Positions 50,311 to 62,792 of a DNA stretch of 64,000 bases are shown here, in pieces. A program made the translations under genes and the position numbers. The stretch lies in contig MU054323.1 of assembly GCA_013239625.1 (NCBI GenBank), forward strand, positions 15,566,029 through 15,630,028, in the 5' to 3' direction. The stretch is from Lama guanicoe (taxonomy: Eukaryota). How positions within the stretch are numbered: the stretch's first letter is position 1; every line of letters begins with the position of its first letter. The notes under the pieces were generated by a model that was not told where the DNA came from, searched no databases, and worked only from the letters and a program-made list of their open reading frames with translations.

Positions 50311-53300
50311 GTATTTTACACTTACTTTTCTTCTGTAACTTCCAAACATACAGACTATTTTACAGAGTGAATAATCTCTTTCTAACCAAAGGTTTGTTCT
50401 CCCTTCTGGAGAAAGAATTCAGTCTCCATGAGAAACTAAGGTTTAATATCCAATTTATAATATAATAAGCTGAGACGAAGGTAAAAGGAAAAGGGAAAGA
50501 AAAGGAGTTCATGATAAAAGGCACAGGTTATATCCAATGCAGTTATCCTTCCTGATTATCAAACGGCATTTTCGCGAGACAATAGGGTAAAATGGAATTC
50601 AGAAAACAGAATCTTGTCTCCATTCAAACAATGAGTCTCTGGCCATGTCCCTTAACCTCTGTAGGTATTAGATGGACTTTGTAAAATGAGCAGCTTGGAC
50701 AAGAATAACAGATGTTCCTTCCACCTCTATAACTTTAAGCATTAATTCAAATGAGTTATACTGAGGAAAATCCCAAACCACACCAAAATAGGGACAACAG
50801 ACTCCAATTTCATGACCAAAATTCAGTTCCTGTCCCAAAGTAATAATCAGTATTAAAGAAAACAGGACATTGCATGAAAAAAAAGTTTAGAAATATAGAG
50901 AGATGAAGTTTAACTAGGATAAGGAAAGTTCAATACTATATATAAGCTACTTAATGGCCAGAGATGTATACATAGATGTCATATACACATAGATGTCATA
51001 AAGGAAACAAAAAACCCTAACATTTGTAATAGATATCTAGCTGTGAATGAGCCACTAAATAATTGGGTGGGGTTTTTTCCAAGTGTGTAGGCCATGAGGA
51101 CACAAAAACAAGGCCACCGGGGGCATAAAAATAAGAATGCAAGCTTTAAAATAGAGAAACAACAAACTGACTTAATGAAGTGGGATTTGGTGCTAAAGAG
51201 AAGCAGCAATGGGACCACAAATGCCAAAAACATAAAATCCCAAAATGATGTTTGGCTTCAGAATGCACATTAGCCTCAGTGAAAATGTGAACCCAAAAAG
51301 CTCTAGAAAACTGGCTCATTTACCCAGCAAATCTCCCATATGCATGGTTCATTTCTCTTCTCCCCTCTGCTGGAATCATCATCTCTTCTGATGCCAATGT
51401 GCTCAAACTGGATACAACAGTTCTGGATTGCTAAACTTGCTTGGTTTCTGGCCTACATCTTCCTGGGTAAAAGATTTTTCAAATACTGAGTAACTGACAA
51501 TATACCTAACCCTGATCAGGAACTCAAGTAGGATATTCTAGCAGGTGAAGACAGTCCAGAGTTTGAGGTTTGTTTTGCCTGCTTGTTAACTTCATCTTAA
51601 GTGAGGCTAGAATAAAAGGACAAGTGTAATGGAAGAGTTCATGTAAGAGAAGTGGCTGTGGGGTGAATCTGATCTCCCAAGAAAGTGAAAGACAATTCAC
51701 AGCCCTCTATCTCCACCAAGGTCAGATCAACTGTGGCTAGAAGGAAGTAGGGCAGAGTTAAGGAAAAGATTTCTAGAATTCTCCGGTCAAGATATGACCT
51801 GCTTTTATCCTTATCATAAAGTACTACAACCAGTCACAAACATCTAGCAGGATGGCAATTTTCCAAAGGAGGTCAAAGTTCTGCTGATGTTGACTCCTGC
51901 ACCAGAACTTTCTTGAGTAAAGCCTTAGCATAGATAAGCACAATCTGTATTTAACCAAAACTAAAACTGGGACTCAGAAGTGAAATAAAGTGACCTAAGG
52001 CAAGGCACTATCTAAGCAGAGAATTCTCAACTCTCTCTAGTGAAAGGAGCAGGAAAGGACTCTATCAAGCAATGGAGAGCAGAAGTCTGCAACAGAAAGG
52101 GGCACTGAGAGTGGTGAGCAGCCCCTGCTCAGAAAAGATTTCTCATGCATTCTCAAATCAAGCAAGATGCATTACCACCAACATATCATCTGCTAAGAAC
52201 CATTATCAAGAGTAACAAAAATTTTTTTGTTTTACATCAACCTAAGATTTAAGCAAAGGCTAAGATACACTACTTTTCAGACAGTACAGGTGAAGCAAAA
52301 ATAGGGAATCTTAACTATTTGTCTACAAACTAGTAATCTACTTTGAGAAGCTACTCTTGATGAACCCAAATGTATAATATAATTTTAAAGTCAAAGTTAT
52401 GTCCTGTGTCTAGTGATTCCAAGTAAATACATCTACATACACGTATAACACTACCTTCTCTTTGGGAGCAGACGTTTTAAAATGTCATTCTTTTGCCACT
52501 GACTGCATGCCTATCTGTGTATATTACTTTCCCATCATAAGCTCTTCCTTGTGTGTCTGGGCAGAACACTGTACAGAGGTACCAATGTAAAGATATGATC
52601 TCTACGCACAGCTGGGCCTGAACCACTGCTAAGCCATGTTTACAGGCTCCCCATTCCCAACCCCCTCTTCTTGATAAATCTTCTGATTCAGAGAGAAAGG
52701 AGACCATCAGGTGAGTAGCCTTTCTATGCCCATGGATCTTTCTCCATCTCTCAAGAAGTCTTCCCTAACCTCTAATCTCTATTCCATCAATATTCTGAAA
52801 ACCCATCCCTAACCCACGACCTCAGCATTTACTCCATTAATTTCACCCTTGGCCTCTCCAGGGCTCCTCTCCACCTACATTACAATATTCTCAAATTCCC
52901 TCACTCTCATCATTCCTCCTAGTATTTTTTTTTTTGGAGTAAAACCATGACACATAATTACAACCTTACTTAACCAAATTATAACTGGGGTTCCGGCTGG
53001 TTAAATAGATTCTGTCCCTCCATACCCCTAACTCTCATAAATCCCTGTGAACTTCCTATCATTGCCCTTAGATAATTCTGTAATAATCACCTGTTTATGC
53101 ACTGGTTTCCCCTCCAGACTAGGAGATCCTCGCTGTTTATAACCAGAACTTTTCGTTTTTGCCTCTGTGGGGGCTCGCACTCTACCTGGGTTATCAGATA
53201 AAGCCAATAAATTCCTGTAGCATAAATGCTGCTTCAACTTCTCAGTACCTTTGCATGTGCTATATCCTTGAGCTAGGATACTATACATTTCTTTACCTGC

Positions 53301-53489
53301 TAGGCGAGCTCCCACTCATCCATGAGGATACAGTTTTCACATTTCTTTCTCTACAAAGTCTTTCCTTACACACAGACAAACATACACACGCCCTTTTAAA
53401 TCTTCTATATTTTGCACATATATCCATTAGGGCGTTTGTCACACCCATACTAATGTTTGTTTACAAATCTAGCTCCCTCCTTAGGTTGG

Positions 53490-53595
53490 CTCTGCTTGAG
53501 AGGGGTAATGTCCAGTCATCTCGGTATTCCCAGAGCAAAGCAGCCTCTGGCACTTATCAGGAGCTTAATAAATGCTAGCTGAATGAATGAATGGC
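53490..53595 (+). mobile_element. L2 3' end
   Basis: ctggcacttatcaggagcttaataaatgctagctgaatgaatgaatg. Confidence 0.65.
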
Positions 53596-53935
53596 TACAC
53601 ATGTGCCCGAGGAGGCACTATCTCTAACTACGGGGCTCTGAACAAGGAAACTCCCCTCTAAACCAAACACGAGGTGGTTTTCGAGGAAGGAGTAGAGGTT
53701 TAAGGGCTTATGGGGGGCAGGGGACTAGGGGATTTAAATCACCAGGCGCTCAGAGGCCGAAAGCCCCAAGCAAGGAGGTGGGAGAACAGGGAGGGGCGGG
53801 ACTAGGGAGTTGATGGAGGAGGAAGGAGGGCGCGGGGAGGAGTCTGTGGCGGGAGTCCCGCCAAGGCTGCGGACCGAGTGGCTGGACGAGGGGCAGGGGA
53901 GGCTCCCGCCCGCTCCCGGCAGGGCCCGCACTCAC

Positions 53936-54189
53936 TCGTCCCCCTGCAGGAGGCTGCACTCGGTGATGGGCCGCACGGCCACCCTCGGGGGCTCAGCGGC
54001 CGGACCCGAGGGGCGGAAACACAGGCTCAGCTTCTCCTCCAAGCTGCAGGCCAGCGCTGGGAAGCCGTCGCCTCCCCCGCCCGGCCCTGCCCCGGCTTCG
54101 GGGCTCGCGTTACAGTTCTCCTGGTCCTGGAGGCTCCGGGCCGGCTCCTGGAACTCATAGAAATCCTGCCAGTCCCCGTCCGCCGCCAT
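53936..54189 (-). CDS. FEZ2: FEZ2 exon 1, coding part
   Basis: Strong Kozak context gcggcgATGG; donor GA|gtgag; 254 nt. Encodes MAADGDWQDFYEFQEPARS...LEEKLSLCF...LLQGDE. Confidence 0.96.
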
Positions 54190-54254
54190 CGCCGCCCGGT
54201 GCAGGCGCGCGCCCCGCCCTGGCCCCGCCCCGCCGCCTGGCCCCGCCCCGGAGC

Positions 54255-54648
54255 NNNNNNNNNNNNNNNNNNNNNNNNNNNNNNNNNNNNNNNNNNNNNN
54301 NNNNNNNNNNNNNNNNNNNNNNNNNNNNNNNNNNNNNNNNNNNNNNNNNNNNNNNNNNNNNNNNNNNNNNNNNNNNNNNNNNNNNNNNNNNNNNNNNNNN
54401 NNNNNNNNNNNNNNNNNNNNNNNNNNNNNNNNNNNNNNNNNNNNNNNNNNNNNNNNNNNNNNNNNNNNNNNNNNNNNNNNNNNNNNNNNNNNNNNNNNNN
54501 NNNNNNNNNNNNNNNNNNNNNNNNNNNNNNNNNNNNNNNNNNNNNNNNNNNNNNNNNNNNNNNNNNNNNNNNNNNNNNNNNNNNNNNNNNNNNNNNNNNN
54601 NNNNNNNNNNNNNNNNNNNNNNNNNNNNNNNNNNNNNNNNNNNNNNNC
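54255..54648. other. Assembly gap (394 N)
   Basis: Run of N in the sequence. Confidence 1.
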
Positions 54649-55244
54649 CGGAGCCCCGCCCCGCCCCGCCGAGACCCCGCCCGCCCGCCAGACGCAGCCG
54701 GGACCTGTCCTGGGCCTCCCATCCTCCGCGTCTTCCCTTTCCCTGAATCTTCGCAGTTGACCGCTGGTCCTGGTGCAAGGGAAAACCTTAACTGTGTTAA
54801 GTCATTTCCTACAGCCTCTATCATTCAAGAACAGCTTGTCTTAGCTTTCCTTAGTGGGAACCTGGCCTAAGTGTGAATAAAATAAAGGACTTCTTTATAC
54901 TTGCACCCAATGTGGGGATATTCCCCACGCCATTTCCCCAGAGTAACCTGCTCCTTTCGTAACTTTCCATCCAGAACAGCCAGTCACTTGGAAATGCTTA
55001 AGTGGTATCAAAATTCATTCCACAAATATTTTATGTCTCCCACGTGCAAAGCACATGCTAGACCCTCCATAACATAAAAGGATGCCAGTTAATATTTGCA
55101 AAGCACTTGGAACAGGGCCTGACAGTAAGTACCAAATGTGTATGTTATGTAACTAATACATGACTGTCCCCTGCAAGGGGCTTACAATGTAGTTAGACTG
55201 ATAAAGCTGGAAATCGTTTATACCAAATAAAGAAGTATAATTTC

Positions 55245-55430
55245 AAGTAGAGTTACTGTTTAATGTGTATTGGGTTTGTTTTGCAAGGTGAGGAGTTCCG
55301 GAGATGGATGGTAGCGATGGTTGCTCAAGAATATGAATTCATACCACTAAACTGTACATTTAAATATGGTTAAGATGGCAATTTTGTTATTTGTATTTTG
55401 CCACAATAAAAAAATTAGATAAAAAAAAGT
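55245..55430 (+). mobile_element. L1MB-type 3' end
   Basis: gttccggagatggatggtagcgatggttgc..ccactaaactgtacatttaaatatggttaagatgg..ttttgccacaataaaaaaa. Confidence 0.8.
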
Positions 55431-56818
55431 ATGACTCTAAGGGAGTGTGAATATGTAGAGGCAACAAATACCCAGGAGTTGATAGGAGTAATATCTTTGG
55501 ACTGTAGTAATCAAATTCTTCATTTAGGAATTGGGATGTAGTTGGGTCATAAAAGATGAATTCCTATTTTGAAAAAGAAATACAAAGTTAATAATAGAAA
55601 ATAAGATTTTCTCAGTATGCTTTGTCCATCTCTTGACAGCATGGAAATCTATCCTCAAGGATAAATGTTAATATCAAATTTTCCTATTTACTCTTCCAGT
55701 GAATTTTGTCTCCTATTTCAATGATTTGTTCCATATTTAACAAGAAGCTACTTCTATGAACTGAGCCTAAAACTGTTGAGAATTACTTTAAAGGCAACAT
55801 CATTACCTTTCCATTTCCTTTGAAACCATGAAGGGAGCGGCTGTTGAGCTTCACCTGGCCCAGAGCTAGAACTAATTACTCAACAGTTAACAGCTTTTGG
55901 GTTGATGAGAAAACATTCTAGCTCAGCTGACATTCACTTATCTGAATGTTACTCAAGCGTGATGGTCTAAAATATCAAAGATCTATTTTTCTCTAGGTAT
56001 TGGACTACACACACAAAGTCATGAGAAACTATGGAATTGATTCAGAATCTCCTAATGATGCACATAGCGAAGGCAAAAGAAAATATTTTTCTTGACGTGT
56101 ATCTCCACTTACCAGTGTGATGTGTTTATATGTTAGTAGAAATTAAAATTATTCTTAGTACTCAAATGTAACACTGTCAAATTTTTCATATGCTTGCAAA
56201 TAAATTGCTATTGGGTTAGCTTTAGTGGTTCTCAGAATTTTATTTTAGTCAAATTTTCCACATAGGAGGCTTTTTACTTTTAATTAAATGCAAATTACCT
56301 GGTATCAGCCCAGACATTTTGAATAGCCCACTGCAAAACAAGATCTGAATCACTTTTCTTAATTTATATTAGCACACTGATAGTAACTTGGCCCTAACAA
56401 TCTATAAAAGTCCTCCCCAAAAATGTACCTACAAGAAAATTGTGCTATTTTATGGGGGGAAAGCATTAAGATGACAAAGAAGCTATAGTATGGAATAAAA
56501 TGTTAATTGGTGCTTTTGTAGATTTTAAATGACTAAACATGAAAGAGTAACCTCAGAAAACTGTTTAAATGGAAAAAAAAATGTATAGCCAGGTAAAAGT
56601 ATAAAATAGCAGCGTTTCTCTTCAATGCCTTCCCCGCACCTTTCTTCCCACGCGGTACCTGAGAGCAGCAAGTTGCTCCGCAGCTTCCAGAACATCCAGC
56701 AGGAGACTGTATTCCACTCGGATTGTAGCCTCATTTCCTTTGCCTGCTCGTTCCTTTAGTCCCTTTGGTTCTTGACTCAAACTGCTTTTTTGTTGGAGAA
56801 TCCAATCCCAGTTACATT

Positions 56819-57405
56819 TGTGGCGGAACCAGGTTCGTTTTGCCTGACGGGCTGCAAGCCAAAACACTGAGACAGGGTTTGCAGCAAAGGGAGGGCTTAT
56901 TCACAAGGCAGCCAAGATGGAGACTGGGAACCAGTCTCAAATCTGCCTCCTGAAAGCAAGAGGCTCAGGGTGTTTTTGAGAAGACTCAAGGAGCAGGGCG
57001 TGGTCTGAGGCGGGGAGGAGCATGATTGGGAAAAGTTGTGATAGAATTGCGGGTCTGCGCAGGCGTAACTAAGCTACGGGCCTCTGCACGTTCAAACATG
57101 GAGGTCCTTTAGCACGATCTGAGGGTGGAGTTTCGGGCCCTCTAACACCAAAAAGTCACCTAGCAGATGCTCAAACATGCTGAGTTGGGAGGTCAGTGGT
57201 CCTATCCAGCCTTAACAAGCACAGCTCAAACTAGACACACCTGACCCCACGGTCCTGGAGAACAACTCCAGCAAGCATCCTATTGCTTAGGCCACATGCT
57301 CTTGAAGGACACGCAAGTCTTTTATAGCAACAATTAAAACCACCTTGATTAGTGAAGGCAGGGTACAGGTGAAATGCATCTAACTAATGATTACCCATGG
57401 TTTCA
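56819..57405. mobile_element. Probable ERV1 (MER4-group-like) solo LTR
   Basis: TG...CA-bounded, GC-richer block within AT-rich DNA; gctgcaagccaaaacactgagac..cttattcacaaggcagcc..cagtctcaaatctgcctcc resembles MER4-group LTRs. TSD not clean. Confidence 0.55.
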
Positions 57406-57444
57406 GTATTCCCTAAACCCCCTCACTTAATAGTTTCCTGATAG

Positions 57445-57635
57445 CAACAAGTTCATACTGTATAGCACAGGGAACTATATTCAATATCTTGTAGAACTTA
57501 CTGTGAAAGACAATATGAAAATGAACATATGTATGTTCCTATATGACTGAAGTATTGTGCTGTACACCAGAACTTGACACAATATTGTAAACTGACTATA
57601 CTTCAATGAAAATATATGTGAAAAACAAAAAAAAC
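57445..57635 (+). mobile_element. Short L1 3' tail (camelid/artiodactyl type)
   Basis: ctgtatagcacagggaactatattcaatatcttgta..gctgtacaccagaa..tgtaaactgactatacttcaat plus an A-rich tail; shares motifs with the L1 at 32050-32200. Confidence 0.85.
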
Positions 57636-59679
57636 TATGTCCAGACAGCAACTTTAGCCCACTTTTTCCAGCAACTCTTCTTCCCAACAGCCAAAGTCTA
57701 GCTTCCTAACCTTGGCACAGATCTGGCAAAGCCAAGGGCTTCCTGCCAGTCTCACCTGTTTAGGTCACTCCATCAGCAGACAAAGGCTTCCTATTAAGAA
57801 GAGGGTCCCTCACTTCATTGTATCTCACATGGCCTAATTCTACTAATTTGTTCACCTAAATCTATTTATTTCATACCTTTACTTCCTAGAGAGCAGAAGA
57901 AAATGAAGATGTGTAAACATATTTGCTCACTTCATGCATTAAGAAGTTAACCTATAGAATTTTCAGCACTTGATTCAAAATTAGAAAGATATTACAGAGC
58001 AACTTTTACAGAGCGCTTCATGGCACTTGGGTATTATGCTTACATTAATCATTTAAGATGGAAAAATTTACTTCTCTTGTTTGACAATGTATTTAAATTT
58101 TGCACATATATAATGTATCACAGTGAAAATTTAAGTAACAAAAAATGGAAAAGTAGATTATTCAACATATAGATCACCTAAGGGTTTAAGTAATCAGAAA
58201 ATATAAGAACTGCAAAAGAAAGAAACAAACTATCAAATATCAGACTAGAAAATATCTGGTTGTCAAAGTATCACATACAGCAAGTGCTGAAGGCGTTATA
58301 AAGCAGAAGTAAGACGATAAGAATGTCAATGAGAATGAAAATTTCTTGAGAAAAGCTTAGCAAATGGCTAAGATTATTTAATAACATGATTTAAAAAAAC
58401 AGAGCTGATAAAACAAAAGTAAAAAGATTTGAGAAAACCATATATTGACTCAAGAATTTAAGGAAAAGTTGCTTGCCTGCCAAAAAAGGAAAGGGTGAGT
58501 TCTTTCCATTTTGCCTCAATTTAAAAAAAAAAATCAAGCAACTTTTGAGTAATCAAAAATCACAATTTAGGTTTTATTAGTAAAGAGTGTTTAATTCTAA
58601 TTATTCACGTTTGTTAGTGATGAATCTTCTATTTTAATGATCAGATTAGCATTTTGATCAGACAGAACCTGATCCAGGGTCTGTGGAAGCAGAGCTAGGT
58701 CACCAAGAGAAGGGACCAAGGCCACACCCTGACAAGGTATCAAAATAACTGGGTAGAAAAGACACTGCCAAGTATACACCTGGTTGTGTTCTGGGTAGTC
58801 AAATGCTAGTCTCAGAAAAATTAATGAAAACAACTATTAGCTGTGGTTATTTATCTAACAGTATGACAGTTCTAACAACTTAACCTTCAAGGATCCTGTT
58901 ACGGAAAGCACCTAGTGCACATTCTCAACAGCCTAAATTTCCTGCTTTGGAATAGTCTTAATTTTTTCATCTAAAATTAAGAATCATGCAGAATTGAATA
59001 TGTCAAATTTTATCTACTGTGTTTTTGTTTTTGTTTTTGTTTTTGAGGTCTTGCTGTGTTCTGTGTGCTGAGACATCTCAGGATGGTGAAGCCCTCTCTG
59101 TTCTCTCTTTTCTATGACTGTCAGTACCATATGTCCTTACTATTCATAGGACAATGGAACAAAGACCTAGCAGTGGAACCTCTTCCTCCCACAAACAAGA
59201 GGAAGAGGCTGCACATGGGTCTTAAAATTGGTAGAATATTCTTCCCTCCTTTAAGACTATGAATTAAGAAAAAAATATGAACAATAGAACTTTAACAATG
59301 GGAAAGTAATATATTCTCTATTATTTCTTCTCTTCAGAAGATTGTGATCTTGATTTTTCCACATCAACATATATCTCTAAATTTCCCACAAGGAAGTTGG
59401 TTCCAACTTTGATCAATCAAGCTGACATTTCTGCACACAAGCAACACTCAGTTTGGTACCTCTGTCACTGGGGTCCTTGTATATATTCTAGTTTCTTTGT
59501 CTCCCAGAGCCTATCTCACTCATAAGTAATGAACCCTGTATTCCGAATTCTTTGTCTCATTACTAACCAAGATCCTTCAGGTCTAAAAAGCCCTCAAAAC
59601 TAATCCACTGTGGCAGAAAGCAGATGAGTGGTACCCAGGGTATGAGATGTTTTGCGGTAGCAAATTTGTAGTTAATTCA

Positions 59680-59831
59680 AAAGGACACAGGAAGACTTCT
59701 GGAGTAATGGAAATACTCTATAACTTGATTATAATGGTGACTAAGTAGGTGTATATGTTTATCAAACAGTAAACTTAAAACAAGTGCATTTTATTGCATG
59801 TAAATTGTAACTCCATAAAATTGCTTTCTTT
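59680..59831 (+). mobile_element. Old L1MC/ME-type 3' end
   Basis: ttctggagtaatggaaatactcta..ggtgtatatgtttatcaaa..gtgcattttattgcatgtaaatt. Confidence 0.65.
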
Positions 59832-59848
59832 AAAAAGGTGTGGCTTTA

Positions 59849-60279
59849 TAGCCCCAAAGTGGAAACAACCCAAATGTACATCAGTGGATGAATGGATAAG
59901 CAAAATATGGAATATTATTCAGTCTTAAAAAGGAATGTAATTTTCACACATGCTACAACATGGATGAACCTTGAGTACATTATATTAAGTGAAGCCAGAC
60001 ACAAAAAGACATATATTGTATGCACTTATATGAGGTCCCCAGAGTAGTCAAAATCAGGGAGATGGAAAGTAGAATGGTGGTTGCCAGGGGCTAGGGAGAA
60101 GGGGAAGTGGAGGTCAGTGTTTCATGGGTTCAGAGTTTCCATTTGGGATGATGAGAAAATTCTGGAGATGGATAGTAGTGATGACTGCACATAATGTGAA
60201 TGTACTTAATGCCACAGCACACCTAAAAATGTTAAAATGATGATTTTTATGTTATGTATATTTAACTACAATTTTTTCT
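59849..60279 (+). mobile_element. L1MB-type 3' end with 17-bp TSD
   Basis: ggaaacaacccaaatgt..catgctacaacatggatgaaccttga..gaaagtagaatggtggttgccaggggct. TSD aaaaaggtgtggcttta (59832-59848) / aaaaagatgtggcttta (60280-60296). Confidence 0.9.
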
Positions 60280-61957
60280 AAAAAGATGTGGCTTTACTGA
60301 ATCCATTGTTGCAATTGCCCTGTACAGATAAGCCCTGCTTATTTAACATCTGATCTCCTTAAAGTAGATTCAAATCAGACATTTAAAATTAGTGCATATG
60401 CTGTATGGAGTAACGGTTGATGAACTGTTAACTTGTTAATTATCTCTTCTTTCTACTTTTCGATTCAAAATGTTTTTTGGACTATAATTATATACATTGA
60501 CTTCACTAGAAAGTAATGCAAGACTAATAAAATAGACTTGGCATTTGAAGACTTGAGTTTGAGAGGCTCATTCTGAGAAAAAAATCAGTTGAGATGCGGA
60601 ATCTCTCTGGCCCAACACAGGAAAAAAATAATAAAATAGGAAAAGGTGCCAGTCTTCAAGAAAACAAAGTCCACTTCCTATTGAACTGAGGGTAGAGGCA
60701 TGGGGGTGGGAGAGGAGAGGAGGGAAGACTAAAAAGTAAAAGTAAGAAAGCTCTATTGAGCGTAACAACAGATTGTCAGAAGGTGACACCATGGAAGACT
60801 GACAGGGCACCCCCCTGGAGACCAGGTGGCATCAGCGGAGGCTCCGCCAGGTGTATAGTAAGACATAGATGCAGACAATGCAGAAATTTGCAACTGAAGA
60901 GAAACCAGGAGGCTTGGATCACATTTGGATGAGATAAATGGATTCTGTAAATGATCATACTTTTTGTCTGATCCATTTTATGTTCATCATATGCATTATG
61001 TTCTATTTTCTGGTATACTTATTAGTATAAATGTCTTATAAGAGTATTTCCACAGTCTCAACAGTGTTAGGACAGGGACCATAGCATCCAGTAATATTCC
61101 ATGAAGTCAGCTGGAGGAGTCATCCAAAATTTGACCAATGAGGATATTACAAGAATGAGTATTAAAATTGAGGTATCCTACCCTTCGGACTTTTATTTTC
61201 TCAGGTCTTTGTTTTTCATTTGTTTTCTCCCTCTGAAATTTTGTCTCCAGAGATGTTGGAATTCCTTTTGCTATATTTAGAGAAGGAAAATTTTATTGTG
61301 AGTGGGGTTGGGGTGGGGTGAGACTAAGGGTGAGGATGTCTGTTCAACACATAAATTTGTGGCTTTAAAAAATTATCATGTTAACAGGGTTTTTCTTCTT
61401 TTTTTAAGAGTATTCAAAATGTCTTGACATCTAAGGAGCTGCACCAATACTGTGCATCAAAATAGCCTCATCAAAATGTTATGGATCTAAATAAATAAAC
61501 CACTTAAGCCAGATAGGGCTTAGATCTACAAAAGCAAAATGAAGGTGCCTGTTAAGATGATTATTTACATAACTTGAGCACACACACGTAATTGCTCAGT
61601 TTTCTGCTTGACTTCGGTAGACGCAGAAGTGAGCTAATTGTTTCTAATCAGATGTTAGAGGGTTAAGACTAGGTATCTTGGGAATTCCATGTTGTTTTTT
61701 TAAAGAAAAGTTATTTTTATTCCACTTGGTAGAGACAGAGTAACTTTGTAATTCAGGACTGATTTGCCCTCCGAAAGACTGGATGAGTGTATACCCTGAA
61801 TGTTCCCGAATCTCACCAGACTGGGCGTTCCAGTGGACGAGCTCGGTCATCCCCACCCTGTGACTCAAGACTCCAGGCACTGACTCAGCAGATGAGTGGC
61901 TTTCAAGAGGACAGGCATGCTCAGGGTTAGCTAACCCCAGCCTCAGCCTTCTCCTCC

Positions 61958-62792
61958 TGTAATGGACTGAATTATGTTCCCTCAAAACTCATGTTGAAGT
62001 CCCAACCCCCAGTACCTCAGAATGCGACTGTACAGACGGCCCCCAAGTTGTCACATTTCAATTTGCAGTTTGTAGACTTCACGATGGTGCAAAAGCAATA
62101 CGCATTCAGTAGAAACCATACTTCAAATTTTGATCTTTTCCTGGGCTAGTGATACTGATTCTAGTCTGATACTTTCTCGAGATGCTGGGCAGAGACAGCC
62201 AGCACAGCTCCCAGGCAGCCACACCATCACAAGGGTGAAAGACTGATTCACTTACAACCATCCTGGGCCCACATAACCGTTCTGTTTCCATTTTCAGTAC
62301 AATATTCAACACTTTCTTATAAAATAGGCTTTGTGTTAGGTGACTTTGCCCAACTGTAGGCTGATGGAAGTATTCTGAGCACATTTAAAGTAGGCCAGGC
62401 TAAGTGATGCTGTTCAGTATGTTAGGTGAATTAAGTGCACTTTCAAACTAACAATATTTTCAATTTACAATAGGCTATCAGACTATAACCCCATCATAAG
62501 TCAAGAGAGATCTGTATTTGGAGATAAGATCTTTAGTGAGATGATTATGTTAAAATGAGGTGGTTGTATGACTGGTGTCCTCATGAAACAAGGAAGAGAC
62601 AGCAGGAGCGCACAGTGAAAAGACCATGTGAAGACACAGGGAGATGGTGGCCATCTGCAAGCCAAGGACAGAGACCTGTTGACACCTTGATCTTCGACTT
62701 CTAGCCTCCAGAGCTGTGAGGAGATACATTTCTGTTGTTTAAGCCGCCCAGTCTTTGCTACTGTGTTACGGCAGCACTAGTGAAGGAATATA
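61958..62792 (+). mobile_element. MLT1 (MaLR) solo LTR, split by a Tigger insertion
   Basis: 5' part tgtaatggactgaa..gttgaagtcccaacccccagtacctcagaatgcgactg; 3' part tatttggagata..ggccatctgcaagccaagg..gacttctagcctccagagctgtgag..tttctgttgtttaagcc. Confidence 0.88.
62033..62514 (-). mobile_element. MER47/Tigger5-family (TcMar-Tigger) DNA transposon
   Basis: Termini caga...tctg flanked by TA at 62031-62032 and 62515-62516. Internal cgatggtgcaaaagcaatacgcattcagtagaaacc and ttataaaataggctttgtgttag..tttgcccaactgtaggct are the reverse complement of recalled MER47. Confidence 0.85.

Larger units (their letters stand above)
53740..54730. promoter_or_regulatory. FEZ2: CpG island / TATA-less FEZ2 promoter with clustered GC boxes
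   Basis: Very high GC and CpG density around exon 1; repeated CCCCGCCC (Sp/KLF) boxes at ~54212, 54223, 54241 and 54654-54682. Confidence 0.85.

Noticed and set aside
53878..54870. 330-, 265- and 207-aa ORFs spanning the promoter
   Set aside because: Artefacts of reading through 394 N plus GC-rich, stop-poor CpG-island sequence.
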